Shown here: piece by piece, positions 50,053 through 63,365 of the stretch | How the letters are laid out: every line of letters begins with the position of its first letter | How positions within the stretch are numbered: position 1 is the first letter of the stretch | Assembly (NCBI RefSeq): GCF_035084215.1 | Contig: NC_090333.1 | Span: 69,564,001-69,628,000, forward strand | Reading direction: 5' to 3' | DNA length: 64,000 nt | Source: Heptranchias perlo | Taxonomy: Eukaryota | Made by a program: the position numbers and the translations under genes | Notes under the pieces: model-generated | What the model was told of the DNA's origin: nothing | Seen by the model: only the letters and a program-made list of their open reading frames with translations | The model's database searches: none

Positions 50053-51474
50053 TAGTAAGGTTCCATGAAAACTGGACATGCCCGCATTACCTTTAGTGGA
50101 TCTCCCCCCACGACCCATGAACTGACCGTCAGCTAATTCTGGGACCCGCTCCAACATTCTGAAGGAGGTGGCGGCCAATAAGGTTATGATGCCGCGGCTA
50201 CATTTTGAAGAACCAACCTCTCACCGGCTGGCTAGGAGCCCCCGGCTGTGTTCAGTAACTGGCTACATTGCTTGTCTGCGTGATCCAGTGGAGCAGAGGT
50301 GTCCTTCCCCTGAATCCACTTGGGGGCCCTGACTTGTCGGTGCCACATGCAGGTTGCACAGCCCTCCCTCCCTCCCTCCCTCCCAACATCTGAATACATC
50401 CAAGGTAATTCACTTCCTCAATGCAAGTATCCTCCAAGGACAGTCCCAACATTATACCAACTGTTGATCACTATTTTTCTATCTACACCAGTCACATGAA
50501 GATCATTTTCATATCATTACAACACGCTCCTACTGTAGAGGAGTAATTTGAAAAAGTAGAAGAAACCCTTTCTTCCCATGAAACTTACAACACTTTGCCA
50601 ATGGATTTTTCTTCTTCCTTTTCCTGCTAGTTTCCCTCCCTTCATCACCCGATTGGGTTGACTCCTTCTGTGCTACGCTACCATGTACCTGTAGCTTTTC
50701 AGCGCTTCTCCAAAGTGGCCATTCGTGTCTGAGCCAGGACAGCGAATGTTAACAGGCCACACCGAGAGGGGGGGGGGGGGGGGGGGGGGGAGGAGAAAGA
50801 GAAGTAAAGGAGAGACCACCACCCCAAACTCGTGTCTCTCGCCACAAGATAGCAATCAGGAGCAGGGACCATGGCCAGACTTGCCCTCCCCAACCAGTCA
50901 GAAGGCAAGGAATTATTGGAACCCTATTATCACTCTGGATGAGATTAGCAAACTTAGTGCAGACTGCAAATTGATTCTGGAACCTTCTTAGTCTGTATGA
51001 CTCAGTTATTCATTGCGTTAGTCAGCTGAGCCATCAGGATCGGAACATAGGAATTGCTAGATGAAGAAAAGACCAAGGTCCATCTAGTTCACCTTCTACC
51101 ATCCTGGTAGTCACATGATACGATGATAATGGAGTTGCTGACGAATCATAGCAATCAATCTCCATCAATTAGTCTACAACATACCCAGACATGAGGCGAG
51201 GAAAACCCATTGGTGGAAAGCTTTGGGAACCACAGGTCCAAAATCATCTGTTCTTTTTAGGCACGCTACACTTACCACATCAGCTCTCAAGTTACTCAAA
51301 TACTTTCTGACCACATCATGTCTATGGATTTTTTTTTTGGAAAAAATACACTTTTTAAAAACACAAATAGAACTTTACTCTGTAAAAGGCAAGCATCATC
51401 TACAGCTCACACACACATGTTGCCACAAGTCTATTACACTTGTAACTTTGCTGAAGCACTGCATCAAACAAATT

Positions 51475-52206
51475 GGGCCAGATTTTGCTGAAAACATAAT
51501 GGCCTATGAATGAAACATGCCACTAATACACAAATCAGTCAGCAACTTGTGGCAAAGAGGAGATACCCCATGAATTGTGAATCGCCACAAGTTGCTGGCA
51601 GATGTGCGCTGCTCCACTGTTAGCTTTGCGAAAATGGGATTGCGCACTTAAGCTCCCTGCGAGTTTCATAAAGTTGCTGCATTTGCACTTTAATTGCCCA
51701 TTAAACTCATCACAGAAGTTAAGTCTAGTAATATAGTGTAAGTACCCTTTTAACGACATGATAACTGTTAATACCTGCCAATCAACCTCTCTGGCTCAGA
51801 GTGAACAATTATAAGTGTGAAGTCTCATTCCTTAAGGTTGGGAATTGTTTTAGGAGATTTTAAAAATGTCAAGTTCATTTTTTCCTCTTACTTTTCCTTT
51901 CCGTATTTTTTTCTCTCTTAATCCAATCTTTCTTTCCCCTCTCTTTCTGTACCTGATTTGACACAAATTCACCCTCCTTCTCAGTCCTTCCTCTGTTTAT
52001 TTCTCAATCCTTTAATATCGTTGGTTAAGGAGAGACACTGTTTATCCTGTTATTCACCAAGGTCCCAGATACCCCGTTTCCCCCGCTGCACCGTTATCAG
52101 CTCGCACTTCCAGCAATTTTGTGGGCAAAAATTTTTAAAACCTAAACTGAATGAAGTCTAACTTATGGGGCAAGCTGCAAGAGCCCCCAACCCAACAAAA
52201 TCTGGA
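51475..52206. mobile_element. Non-autonomous DNA-transposon-like element
   Basis: Imperfect TIRs gggccagattttgctg / caacaaaatctggagt; CpG-bearing ends. Confidence 0.45.
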
Positions 52207-52889
52207 GTATTATGTTTTTGCTTTTTTTTTTTAATTTGCACTCTTAAATATCAAAACAGGTAGATTAACAAAACATTATCACAAAAATTAGTAAAATGAA
52301 TACTAGTAATACTCCAACACTGACCTCAGCAATCTAATCTACAATATCATGAATGAGTTGTGAAAGTCAGGTCACCCATTGAAAAAGCTTCAACAGATAA
52401 GCTGTTAATGCCATGGTGCTTTTTTAAAAATTCCATATTGATAGATGTTTCTAAATTGATGTATGCTGGTGGATTGCCCATAGCACTGTTCATGGTGAGT
52501 CAGAGCACGGAGTAGCAGTTTGAGAGATGCAATGAGGGACAGTGAAATCACTGGATAGTGGTAAATTGTTTTTTGATTGGCTCAAATGTACTAATCAGGA
52601 CAATGAGGAAGTGTTTTCTAATTGGTTCCAGGGAAATTTGATCCAAGAGCTAAAAAAGCCTACTCATTGAGGCAAAAAGCAGAATATTGCTCATCTCACT
52701 GCTATTTGAGATGCAGGTGCTGCAGAATAACTTCAGCATCTGCCTATATAAACAAACAGTTATTACATTTCAAAGTAATTCATTTTATGAAGTGCTTGGG
52801 GATATTTTCACATAAGGATCAATAAAAATGCAAGATTTCTTTTAAATTAGGAGAAAATTCATTTGAATTATGTAGCACTCCATCTTTGG

Positions 52890-54372
52890 AAGTTATTTTC
52901 AAGTCAATCTTTTAAAGCTCTCGATTTGGGGATTCTGCCTTTGGAGTGGCATTAGCAAATTTTCAATCTATTATTTAATAAGAGTGGGGGAAGAGAGAAA
53001 TTGGGTAACTACTGGCCTGTCAATTTAACATCAGTTACTAGAATCTGTCATTAGGGATAGAGTGACTGAGCATTTGAACAAATATGAGCACACCTACATG
53101 GCTTTGTTAAGGGTAAATCTATGACTAATCTAGGTTAATTTTTTTTGAGGAGATCACTAATAAAGGTAGATAAGGGAATGTCTATGGGTGTTATCTATAT
53201 GGACTGCCAGAAAGCATTTGATAAGATTCCACAGAAGAAATTATGAGCAAAAATTAGAGCACACAGAATTGGAGGCAGCCTTTTGACTTGGGTTGGAAAT
53301 TGGTTGGGAGGTAGGAGATTAGAGAGTGGGGATAAAGGGCAAATACTCTGATTGGCAAGATGTGACAAGTGGTGTTCTCCATGGATCTGTTCTGGCACTT
53401 CAACCTTTCAATACATTTATGAATGACTTGGATGAAGGAATAGAGAGTTATATATCCAAGTTTGCAGATGATACTAAGTTAGGAGGGGCAGTAAGAAGTG
53501 CAGATGGGATCAGGAAATTGCAAATGTACATGGACAGATTAAGAGAGTGAGCAAAACTATGGCAAATGGAGTTCAACATGAGCAAGTGTGTGGTCATCCA
53601 CTTGCAACCCAAGATAAAATCAGGATATTTTCCAAAGGGTGAGAAGCTAGAAACTGTGGCGGAGCAGAGAGATTTAGGGTCCATTTACAGAAATCACTTA
53701 AAACCAGTGGACAGGTACAAAAGAATTTAAAAGGCTAATGGAATGTTAGTCTTAATCTCAAGAGGGCTGGAACACAAACAGATGCATATGTTACGTTACA
53801 ACTGTACACAGCTCTGGTTAGACCCCATCTGGAGTACTGCATTCAGTTCTAGGCATTGCACCTCAGGAAGGATATACTGGCCTTGGAGGGGGTGCAGTGT
53901 AGATTCACCAGGATGATACCGGGGCTAAAAGGGTTAAATTATGAGGCCAGGTTGCATAGACGAGGCTTGAGTTATTCCCTTAAGATTAAGGGCTGATCTA
54001 ATTGAAGTGTTTAAGATGATTAAAGGATTTGATAGGGTAGAGAGAGAGAAACTATTTCCTCTGATGGGAGAGTCCAGAACAAGAGGGCATAACTTTCAAA
54101 TCAGAGCTAGGCTGTTCAGGGGTGATATCAGGAGGCACTACTTCACATAATGGATAGCAGAAATAAGCAACACTTCTCCTCTTCCCCCCCCCCCCCCCCA
54201 CCTAAAAGTTGTTGAGACAAGGTCAATTGAAAAACTGAGATGTGTAGATTTTTGTTAGATATTAAGGGTTACAGAACCACAGTGGGAAAATGGAGTTAAG
54301 ATACAGATCAGCCATGGTCTAATTGAATGGTGGAATAGACTTGAGGGGCTGAATGGCCTACTCATGTTATGT
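52890..54372 (+). mobile_element. CR1 LINE, RT to 3' end, decayed
   Basis: ISKFADDTKLGG, WQMEFN and RPHLEYC motifs; CR1 terminus. Confidence 0.88.
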
Positions 54373-55104
54373 CCCAATGCAGAAAGACTGCATACACCCA
54401 CTGCATCAAAATAATCCAGTATTTATAAATACCATCAGAAGGCAGCGAGTAAGTGTCAGCAGATTCATTACAATATAAAGACTGATCCGCACCATTGCAA
54501 ACATTTTAATGGATTGGGGTTGCGGGTTAAATGCCTCACCCTACCCCCCAGAATTGTTAATCCAACTCAGTGAAAGACACATGTACATTTAGCACTCCGC
54601 TCCCTTCCTCGCAACTGTCAGACCAATTAACAGCCAGGCTGTTCCATTCAATTCTTGTGCCTCATTGAATGATTAAATTTGTGCTTACCAGAATTTAATT
54701 TACAATGAATTACAAGGACTGCCCTATTATATAATGCAACAATTTATTGAAAGGCCTGAAGGAATATTAACTGAACTCCACTGTGGGATGTCTGTTAAAT
54801 TCCCTTAACCCATGGTTATTTTTATTTATGCCTTTTTTTTGGAATATGCATTTTAGCTTCACAAGAAATATGTTTTCCCTTTGCAACTGACAATTAAATG
54901 GGGGAATCAACTGCATTTTTAATCAGTCAAAATGCAATGACGTCAGACTTTATAGTCAGGTTTGTGATAGAACACTAGCATTACTGCCAAGTCATTTTAA
55001 ACGCAAATATTTCAGCAGTTCCAGAACATAGATAAATTATACCTAAAGAGCCTCAAGGTGAGATTTGGTGTTAACAATGCCAACATAGTTTTTGTTTAAA
55101 GCAT

Positions 55105-55370
55105 AGAAAGAACATAAGAACATAAGAAATTGGAGCAGGAGTAGGCCAATCAGCCCCTCGAGCCTGCTCCGCCATTCAATAAGATCATGGCTGATCTGAT
55201 CCCAACCACAAATCTAAAGAACACAAGAAGTCGGAGCAGGACCCGGCCACATAGCCCCTGGGCCCTCTCCGCCACCCACAGGGCATTGACCGATCCGAAC
55301 TCAGCTTCATGTCCAATTTCCTGCCTGCTCCCCATAACCCCTAATTCCCTTTACTTCTAGGAAACTGTCT
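55105..55370 (-). mobile_element. CR1 3' end with a duplicated terminal segment
   Basis: aagaacataagaa..ggagcaggagtaggcc (55108) followed by diverged aagaacacaagaagtcggagcaggacccggcc (55216). Confidence 0.75.
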
Positions 55371-55825
55371 ATAATCAATAGGTGTGATGGACACAGTAAT
55401 CAACAACCAAACCTTAGCAGTTCAGGTGTAGCTGAAGGGCACCTGTCTATCCTGTCCTAGATAGAAGTCAATCAATGAACACGGGAGTCAAGCAGACAAG
55501 TGATTAATGAATCTCCTTCAAACAGCTTTAGAAATAACCATTTCCAAATTCAATGCAGCAGCTAATTTAATTATTAAGTGTTGCAATGACATTGGCATCA
55601 ATTTTGCCACCTGTGCTTTTTTCTAACCAGAAACTAAGTCAGTAATAGGTGTTTTGTGGAGCAGTCCCTTTAAGAACCCGACAGGGGGTTTATTTTTGGT
55701 TAAATCTAAAATGAGTGTGAACCCAAACATTTGCAGATACCGGATTCTTAATTCAAGGGGAGTAGCAGCTCCCCCCTCATCTGCCCTCCTTCCCCCTTTC
55801 CAGTGTGACCACCCTGGACACTTAC

Positions 55826-56080
55826 CTGACAGTCAATAAGGAGGCACTCCATTACTCGCGGGTAAAAGCTGCCTTTCTGTCCTTCATTTACGACCCGTCC
55901 CTTTGCTCCTCCTCCTGGCTCCCGGCGCCTGCAGACTAAACTCCCAGTCGCTGCTATACGCGGTGAGGTGCTACCCTGCCGCTCCATCCACTCTGCCGCT
56001 CTATACAGCCCGCCTCTCTACTCCCTCAAATAGACTCCCAGCCAGGCAGTGCGCAGCGCCCGCTTAAAGAGACAGGCCAG
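55826..56080 (-). promoter_or_regulatory. CpG/GC-rich promoter and first exon of an unidentified minus-strand gene
   Basis: Local CpG cluster in non-repeat sequence and a consensus donor CAG|GTAAGT at 55826/55825. In-frame ATGs at 55987 and 55852. The 5' boundary is a guess. Confidence 0.6.
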
Positions 56081-56334
56081 GTGCAAAAAAAAACCCCACA
56101 GTAAATATTTTTAAAAGCGATTACACTTTAAGTTTTTTGTTTCTTTGCAAGATACTTTTATACGAAAAACACATATTGTTTCTGCATTTTTACAAGTCTA
56201 GAGATTTAAAGGGGTTGTGTTCTTTACAAGGAGAACTTGATAATTATCCTGAAGTCGGGCATTTTTTTAAAATCTAAAGTTGATTAGTTTTGTAGAAAGT
56301 ATATACGTTTATTGTTGCCGAAAAATAGATATCA

Positions 56335-56505
56335 CCGTTTTAAACGGGAATTGGATAAATACTTGAAGGGGGAAGAAAAATTGTAGGGCTATGTAGAAAC
56401 AGATAGGGGGAGGGGAGTGGGACTACTTCAATAGCTCTTTTAAAGAGCCAGCACAGGCACAATGGGCCGAATGGCCTCCTCCTGTGTGGTTATAATTCTA
56501 TGATT
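56335..56505 (+). mobile_element. CR1 3' end
   Basis: ggaattggataaatacttgaa..gagccagcacaggcac..attctatgattc. Confidence 0.8.
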
Positions 56506-56969
56506 CAATGCACTTAACTATTCTAACACCTCATTTAGAAATCCCTCACAAGCAAAAGAGGAACTGCACCAGAAACAAGGCATAAAAAATATTTGGATTG
56601 ATCTAAACTTTTTGTGGTCCAAACATTGCACCATCCTCATTCCACACACTGTCAATGAAAGCTCCAGGGTTTGGGACCATGAATTGACATCCAACAGCAG
56701 GATGTGAAAATGCTTTCCACATTGCCACAATGGTTAGTCACTGTGATTTGGATACATCTTCAGTTGCTTTTTTTTTCACTACCCCAGCTGTCAGATGTCA
56801 AAAATAAAAAAGACGCCTGTAAAATTTAATTCCCCCAACAGACAAAGTGTGCCTAACGTCTCACTATGATATACGGTTTTATTTCCACTCGTGGGCTGAC
56901 TGTAACTCATTCATGACACTGTCACTTGTAAACTATGTACGCCACCGGTTTTGTGGAGATGGTGATCAT

Positions 56970-57914
56970 GGGCAGGATTTTAACTGTGAAGAACGTATGG
57001 GTTGGGGGCAGGGGGCATTGAAAATCGCAACAATTTGAGACCCGCCTCCAACCCGCCCATTTCCGGATTTCACCGGGGTGGGACGAGGGGCAGGCGACCA
57101 ACCCGCTCCCAGGAGGTGGGTTGGTCACTAAGACCTTTCAAGGAGGCTGCGGGCTTCCATTTTTTCAGGTTTTGTTGTTGCAACCCCTGGGGACCGGGAT
57201 TCCCGGGCCTTCTCCTTCATGCCATGTGAAAGGAGGCGAGGAGGCCCGAAACAGAAAGGAAGTGCCTTTCTGGCACAGCTTGTGGGCCTGAAGGAGAGGG
57301 AGTGCTTCCCTCAAGCCCAACAAGCCTGACTGCAGCGACCCCCTCCCCAAAGATCGCAGATGCCCCCCCAACAATCGCGACACCCACAGCGATTGCAACC
57401 GGCCCCGCAACAATCGCGGATCATCGCGATGACCCCCGATCCCGAACACCCCCCCTCAGTGACTGACCCCCGGTGATTGACACCCGATCACCCCACCATG
57501 ACCCCTGATCCCCCCCCCATGACTGACTTCCCCAGTGACTAACCTCCGATGACTGATCTCCCCCCCCCCCACCAATGGCTTACTCCCCCCCCCCGGTGAC
57601 CCCCAAATCCATCAATGCCCCCAGACCTTCAGTGCCCCCATGCCCATCGGTGCCCTTGTGCCCACCCATGCCCCCTCATGCCACCCCCATCTATACAATC
57701 TAAGACTCACCTGAAGACTTACCTTTTCACATCCTCTTCCTTGCTCTGCTCCCATCTGACTGAGGCCAGCCTGTCAACGGCAAACCGACAAAAAAAATAA
57801 AAGATGTCCTTACGTCAAAATTGTAAGGACGTCCGGGAAATCCGTACTTCTGGATTTCCCATCCACGATTTGACCCCCCGCCCCCTTCCCGGCTCCGAGT
57901 CAAAATCGTGACCC
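56970..57914. mobile_element. GC-rich non-autonomous TIR element with internal C-rich degenerate tandem repeats
   Basis: Ends gggcaggattttaact / gagtcaaaatcgtgaccc are imperfect inverted repeats. Subterminal ggcaggggg/cccccgccc; internal cgatc/gacccc repeats at 57330-57690. Confidence 0.6.
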
Positions 57915-57924
57915 ATATCTCCAA

Positions 57925-58810
57925 GGGGGAGAGGAGGAGAATTTTTTTTAACGCAGCGAGTTGTTATGATCTGGAATACACTGCCTGAAAGGGTGGAGGA
58001 AGCAGATTCAATAATAACTTGCAAAAGGGAATTTGATAAATACTTGAAAAGGAAAAAAATTGCAGGGTTATGGGGGAAAGAATGGAACTAATTGGATAGG
58101 TCTTACAAAGCGCCGGCACGGGCACGATGGGCCGAACGGCCTTTTTCTGTGCTGAATGATTCTATGATGACATAGAAACATAGAAAATAGGAGCAGGAGT
58201 AGGACATTCGGCCCTTCGAACCTGCTCCGCCATTCAATCTGATCATGGCTGATCCTCTATCTCAATACCATATTCCCGCTCTCTCCCCATCCCCTTAATG
58301 CCTTTTGTGTCTTGAAATCTATCTTGCTCCTTTTTAAATATATTCAGTGACTCGGCCTCCACAGCCTTCTGCAGTAGAGAATTCCACAGGTTCACCACCC
58401 TCTGAGTGAAGAAACTTCTCCTCATCTCAGTCCTAAATGTCCTACCCCGTATCCTGAGACTGTGACCCCTTGTTCTGGACCCCTCAGCCAGGGGAAACAT
58501 CCTCCCTGCATCCAGTCTGTCTAGCCCTGTCAGAATTTTATATGTTTCAATGAGATCCCCTCTCATTCTTCTAAACTCGAGTGAATACAGGCTGAGTCGA
58601 CCCAATCTCTCCTCATACAACAGTCCTGCCATCCCAGGAATCAGTCTGGTGAACCTTCACTGCACTCCCTCCAGGGCAAGTATATCCTTTCTTAGGTAAG
58701 GAGACCAAAACTGCACACAATACTCCAGGTGTGGTCTCACCAAGGCCCTGTAAGACATCCTTGCTCCTTTACTCAAATCCTCTTGCAATGAAGGCCAACA
58801 TACCATTTGC
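57925..58810. mobile_element. Two CR1 3' ends tail-to-tail (+ 57925-58168; - 58170-58810)
   Basis: gattctatgatga|catagaaacatagaaa junction; YEERL.RL.LYSLE.RRMRGDLIE on the minus strand. Confidence 0.88.
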
Positions 58811-60260
58811 ACATCCTCTATTTATAAACAGCCAAACTGGGGAGCCCAGATACTATATTCCTAGTTTCAGTCTAAATCTTTTATAAGCTATGATGCATTG
58901 AACAACTGTCCAACTGACGTCTTTTAACCGATGGCCATATTTAATTTATGTTTTTAAATGAGATCATAGCTTTCAAACTGTTAAAAAGACCCTCAGCCGT
59001 GATAGTGATTATGAGGTCCCACCAAAATATTCATTCCTGTTCACACCCGCAAAATTGGTCCTTCTGAATTTATGACAATATCCCAGTTTTTTTTTAAAAA
59101 AGCAACATGAGTTCTTTTAAACTAACCAATTATATCCTGGTGTAGAAGTCCAAGGTCTTTAAAGTGAACATTCAACAAAAAGTAGCACAGGGATTAATCC
59201 CTGTTTTTGGTGTTCACAATTAATAGACAGAGAGGCCACCAAACCTTCTTCCCAAACTCAGTAACATGTTGGAAAACCACATGAAATACATATTAGATTT
59301 ATGGTTGCAGTGAAATAACCACTTTGTACTAATAAAAATGATCACACGATAACATTGCAGAAGGAAACATCTTAGAATCGCTTACTTATCTGGGTTGTTC
59401 TACGTGACTTCTGATAATTAGAAAGGCTGAGCTCTCGAGGCTTGCTTCCCCCCGCAGTACAATCTAAATTTCACACTCTGAGCATCTCCCCTGTACCATA
59501 TTATATTTTCACCATACATGAATTCACACTCCTGCTTGGCTGTGCTTCATAACGACATGGGGAATCAACTGGAGCATGCTATTTCCTACTGTTTCTTCAG
59601 TGGTTCATAACAAAGAAGATGCTCTGATATGGCCTAGAGAAGGTTACCAGGGGGCAGTGTTCCATCTTCCCCATGCCTGGGCAGGCTGTTCTCAGTAATC
59701 CCTTCATTCTGGCTCAAGAACAAAGGACTGTAAATTAGCTTTTTGACTGAATGCAACAGCCCCTGAGAGTGTCTTAGCAAATCATTTCTGAATTAGAAAG
59801 ACAACTGGAAGTACTGTTGAGATTGCTGCAGAATATGAATGATTTCCTTGGGGAAAGATTAGAAATGTTAGTCAAAGACAATGCAGCCTGTTATTCACCG
59901 ACCAAAACCAAGATAAGTCATGTTAACTTCAATTTCCACACTTACTGCAATATAACTTGTACATATTTACATGTAAACGATCTTTGTTTTAGATGGTATG
60001 CTCAAAACCTTCCTGAGATAGACTTTCTACCTCAGCTTCATCTGCTGCAAATGTATCATGAACTGATCCTTGAACTCGGCAAGAAACGATCAGCTCACAG
60101 TAAGCTGTGTTAATCATTTTGTTTAATTCGGTGAATTTTGTGCCTATCAAAGCAAAGGGTGTGAATGGTATAAATTTAAGCCCCCGTAGAACATTTTTGT
60201 ATGTAGTCACAGCACCGTGTCAGGTAGAGCGCAGAAATCTGCTCACATCAGTTGTGTCAG

Positions 60261-60472
60261 CTACTCCGTTAAGCGGTCTGGTTGCCAGCTTCTTATGAAA
60301 GCTGAATCCCGCTGCCCTGTATCTACTAGCATGGTTGCAGGGCCCAGGGGTGTAGCTCCCTTGCGTTCTGGACCAGATCGCCGTATCTCACGTACACGTA
60401 CTTCTTCAATCTCTCTGAAGGTGGATCGAGTTAACACCAAGCAAGACGATGCTTGGTTCAATTCATCAGCTG
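60261..60472 (-). CDS. Probable terminal coding exon of an unidentified gene (..AADELNQASSCLVLTRSTFREIEEVRVREIRRSG...SWQPDRLTE*)
   Basis: Acceptor tgttttgcctgctgtggaatatag|cag| (NAGNAG), 70 codons including the TAG, CpG retention, unique sequence, minus-strand ATTAAA at 60122-60127. Confidence 0.45.
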
Positions 60473-61002
60473 CTATATTCCACAGCAGGCAAAACATGCA
60501 GAACACTGAGTGTGATCAGGGACACTTGATGCAATCAGTTCACGTACTATACAAAAATAAAGAAGACGCATACTTTGGTGCTTTGGTGGGTTGTCTTACT
60601 CAACGAGAAGAACATTCTCTCTCTGCAGCCTGTCCTTGAGCCCAGGATAGAGGTACAGTCCCCTTCACAGACTTTCTGCTACTTGACTGAGTTTTTGATG
60701 TCTGTCCTGATTTTTTTAAAAGCCTATCTTCAAAGACTACTAGAAATTAAAAGAGTTTGTCCAGGTGCTAGGTGGCCAGATGTTGCTAGTTAATTGGTGC
60801 AAAATTGGCTTCCATGTTTCCCTACATTCCAACGGTGAATAAACTTCACAAAGTACCTCACTGGCTGTGAAGCGCATCCTGAGGAAAGAAAGTTCTTTCT
60901 TTCTTTACTTGACACAAGAATAAATATACTATGTACTGAAGAATAGCAGAATAATAAGATCTGGTGTGTGTAATGCCCAGTATATTATTACTATTGAATG
61001 TT

Positions 61003-63365
61003 CATAGAATCATAGAATCATAGAAAATTTACGGCACAGAAGGAGGCCATTCGGCCCATCGTGTCCGCGCCGCCTGAGAAACGAGCCACTCAGCCTAATC
61101 CCACTTTCCCGCATTTGGTCCGTAGCCCTGCAGGTCATGGCTCTTCAGGTGCACATCCAGGTATTTTTAAAATGAGTTGAGGGTTTCTGCCTCTACCACC
61201 CTCTCAAACAGTGAATTCCAGACCCCCACCACCCTCTGCGTGAAAAATTTTTCCTAATTTCCGCTCTAATCCTTTTTTTTTATTCGTTCACGGGATGTGG
61301 GCATCGCTGGCGAGGCCAGCATTTATTGCCCATCCCTAATTGCCCTCGAGAAGGTGGTGGTAAGCCGCCTTCTTGAACCGCTGCAGTCCGTGTGGTGACG
61401 GTTCTCCCACAGTGCTGTTAGGAAGGGAGTTCCAGGATTTTGACCCAGCGACAATGAAGGAACGGCGATATATTTCCAAGTCGGGATGGTGTGTGACTTG
61501 GAGGGGAATGTGCAGGTGGTGTTGTTCCCATGCGCCTGCTGCTCTTGTCCTTCTAGGTGGTAGAGGTCACGGGTTTGGGAGGTGTAGTCGAAGAAGCCTT
61601 GGCGAGTTGCTGCAGTGCATCCTGCAGTGCATATCTTTAAATCTATGCCCCCTGGTTATTGACCCTCCGCTAAGGGAAATAGGTCCTTCCTATCCACTCT
61701 TTCTAAGCCCCTCATAATTTTGTACACCTCAATCAAATAACCCCTCAGCCTCCTCTGTTCCAAGGAAAACAACCCCAGCCTATCCAATCTGTCATCATAA
61801 CTAAAATTCTTCAGTCCTGGCAACATCCTCGTAAATCTCCTCTGAACCCTCTCTAGTGCAATTACATCCTTCCTGCAATGTGGTGACCAGAACTGTGCGC
61901 AGTACTCAAGCTGTGGCCTAACTAGTGTTTTATACAGTTCCAGCATAACATCCCTGCTTTTATATTCTATGCCTCAGCTAATAAAGGAAAGCATTCCATA
62001 TGCCTTCTTAACCACCTTATCTACCTGTCTTGCTACCTTCAGGGATCTGTGGACATGCACTCCAAGTTCCCTCACTTCCTCTACACCTATCAGTATCCTC
62101 CCATTTATTGTGTATTCCCATGCCTTGTTTGCTCTCCCCAAATACATTACCTCACACTTCTCCGGATTGAACTCCATTTGCCACTCTTCTGCCCATCTGA
62201 CCAGTCCATTGATATCTTCCTGCAGTCTACAGCTTTCCTTCTCACTATCAACCATACGGCCTATCTTTGTGTCATCCGCAAAATTCTGAATCATGCCCCC
62301 TACATTTAAGTTCAAATCATTAATCCATACTACAAAAAGCAAAGGACCTAGCACCGAGCCCTGCGGCACCCCACTGGAAACAGCCTTCCAGTCCCAAAAC
62401 ACCCGTCGACCATTACCCTTTGCTTCCTGCCACTGAGCCAATTTTGGATCCAATTTGCCACATTCCCTTGGATCCCATGGGCCTTTACTTTTTTGACCAA
62501 TCTGGCATGTGGGACCTTGTCAAAAGCCTTGCTAAAATCCATGTAGACTATATCAATTGCGTTACCCTCATCGACCCACCTTGTCATCTCCTTGAAAAAT
62601 TCAATCAAGTTAGTCAGACACGACCACCCCTTAACAAACCCATGCTGACTGTCCTTGATTAGTCCGTGCCTTTCAAAGTGACAGTTTATCCGGTCCCTCA
62701 GAATTGATTCCAATAATTTGCCCACCACCGAGTTTAGGTTGACTGGCCTGTAATTACTCCGTCTAGCCTTCACTCCCTTTTTAAATAATGGTATAATGTT
62801 AGCAGTCCTCCAATCCTCCGGCACTACGCCTGTATCCAGTGAAGTTTAGAAAATGATTGTTAAAGCCTCCGCTATTTCCTCGCTGGCTTCTTTTAACAGC
62901 CTGGGATATATTTCATCCGGCCCTGATGATTTATCCACTTCAAATATGCTAATCCCCTTAATACTTTCTCTCTCACTATGTTTATCCCATCCAATATTTC
63001 ACACTCTTCCTCCTTAACTACAATATCTGCATTGTCCCTCTCCTTTGTGAAAACAAGTATAAAGTATTCATTAAGAACCATACCCACATCTTCCACCTCC
63101 ACACATAATTTACCTTTTTGGTCTCTAATAGGCCCCACTCTTTCCTTAGTTATCCTCTTGCTCTTAATGTATTTATAAAACATCTTTGGGTTTTCTTTGA
63201 TTTTACCTGCTAATATTTTTTCATGCCATCTCTTTGCTTTCCTAATTTCCTTTTTAACTTCACCCCTGCAATTTGTATACTTCTCTAAGCTTTCCCTAGT
63301 ATTGAGTTCCTGGTGTCTATCATAGGTTTTTTTTTCTGCCTTATCTTATCTTGTATGCTTCTTGA
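61003..63365 (-). mobile_element. CR1 LINE (RT to 3' end) with nested family-B fragment
   Basis: PEDWR.AN..YRPV..YMDFSKAFDKVPH, GVPQGSVLG..FADD, RPQLEYC.QFWSP; (catagaat)n tail at 61003-61025. Confidence 0.93.
61273..61630 (-). mobile_element. Family-B LINE 3' end with A-tail, nested in CR1
   Basis: T-run at 61273-61281; near-identical to 35580-35905. Confidence 0.9.

Noticed and set aside
50051-50520. Possible second LTR interrupting a CR1 end (starts TGTAG)
   Set aside because: No matching CA terminus with a TSD could be found.
57700-57760. Two consensus-like minus-strand splice donors (ctcacct, cttacct)
   Set aside because: They lie within a TIR element; no independent evidence of exon use.
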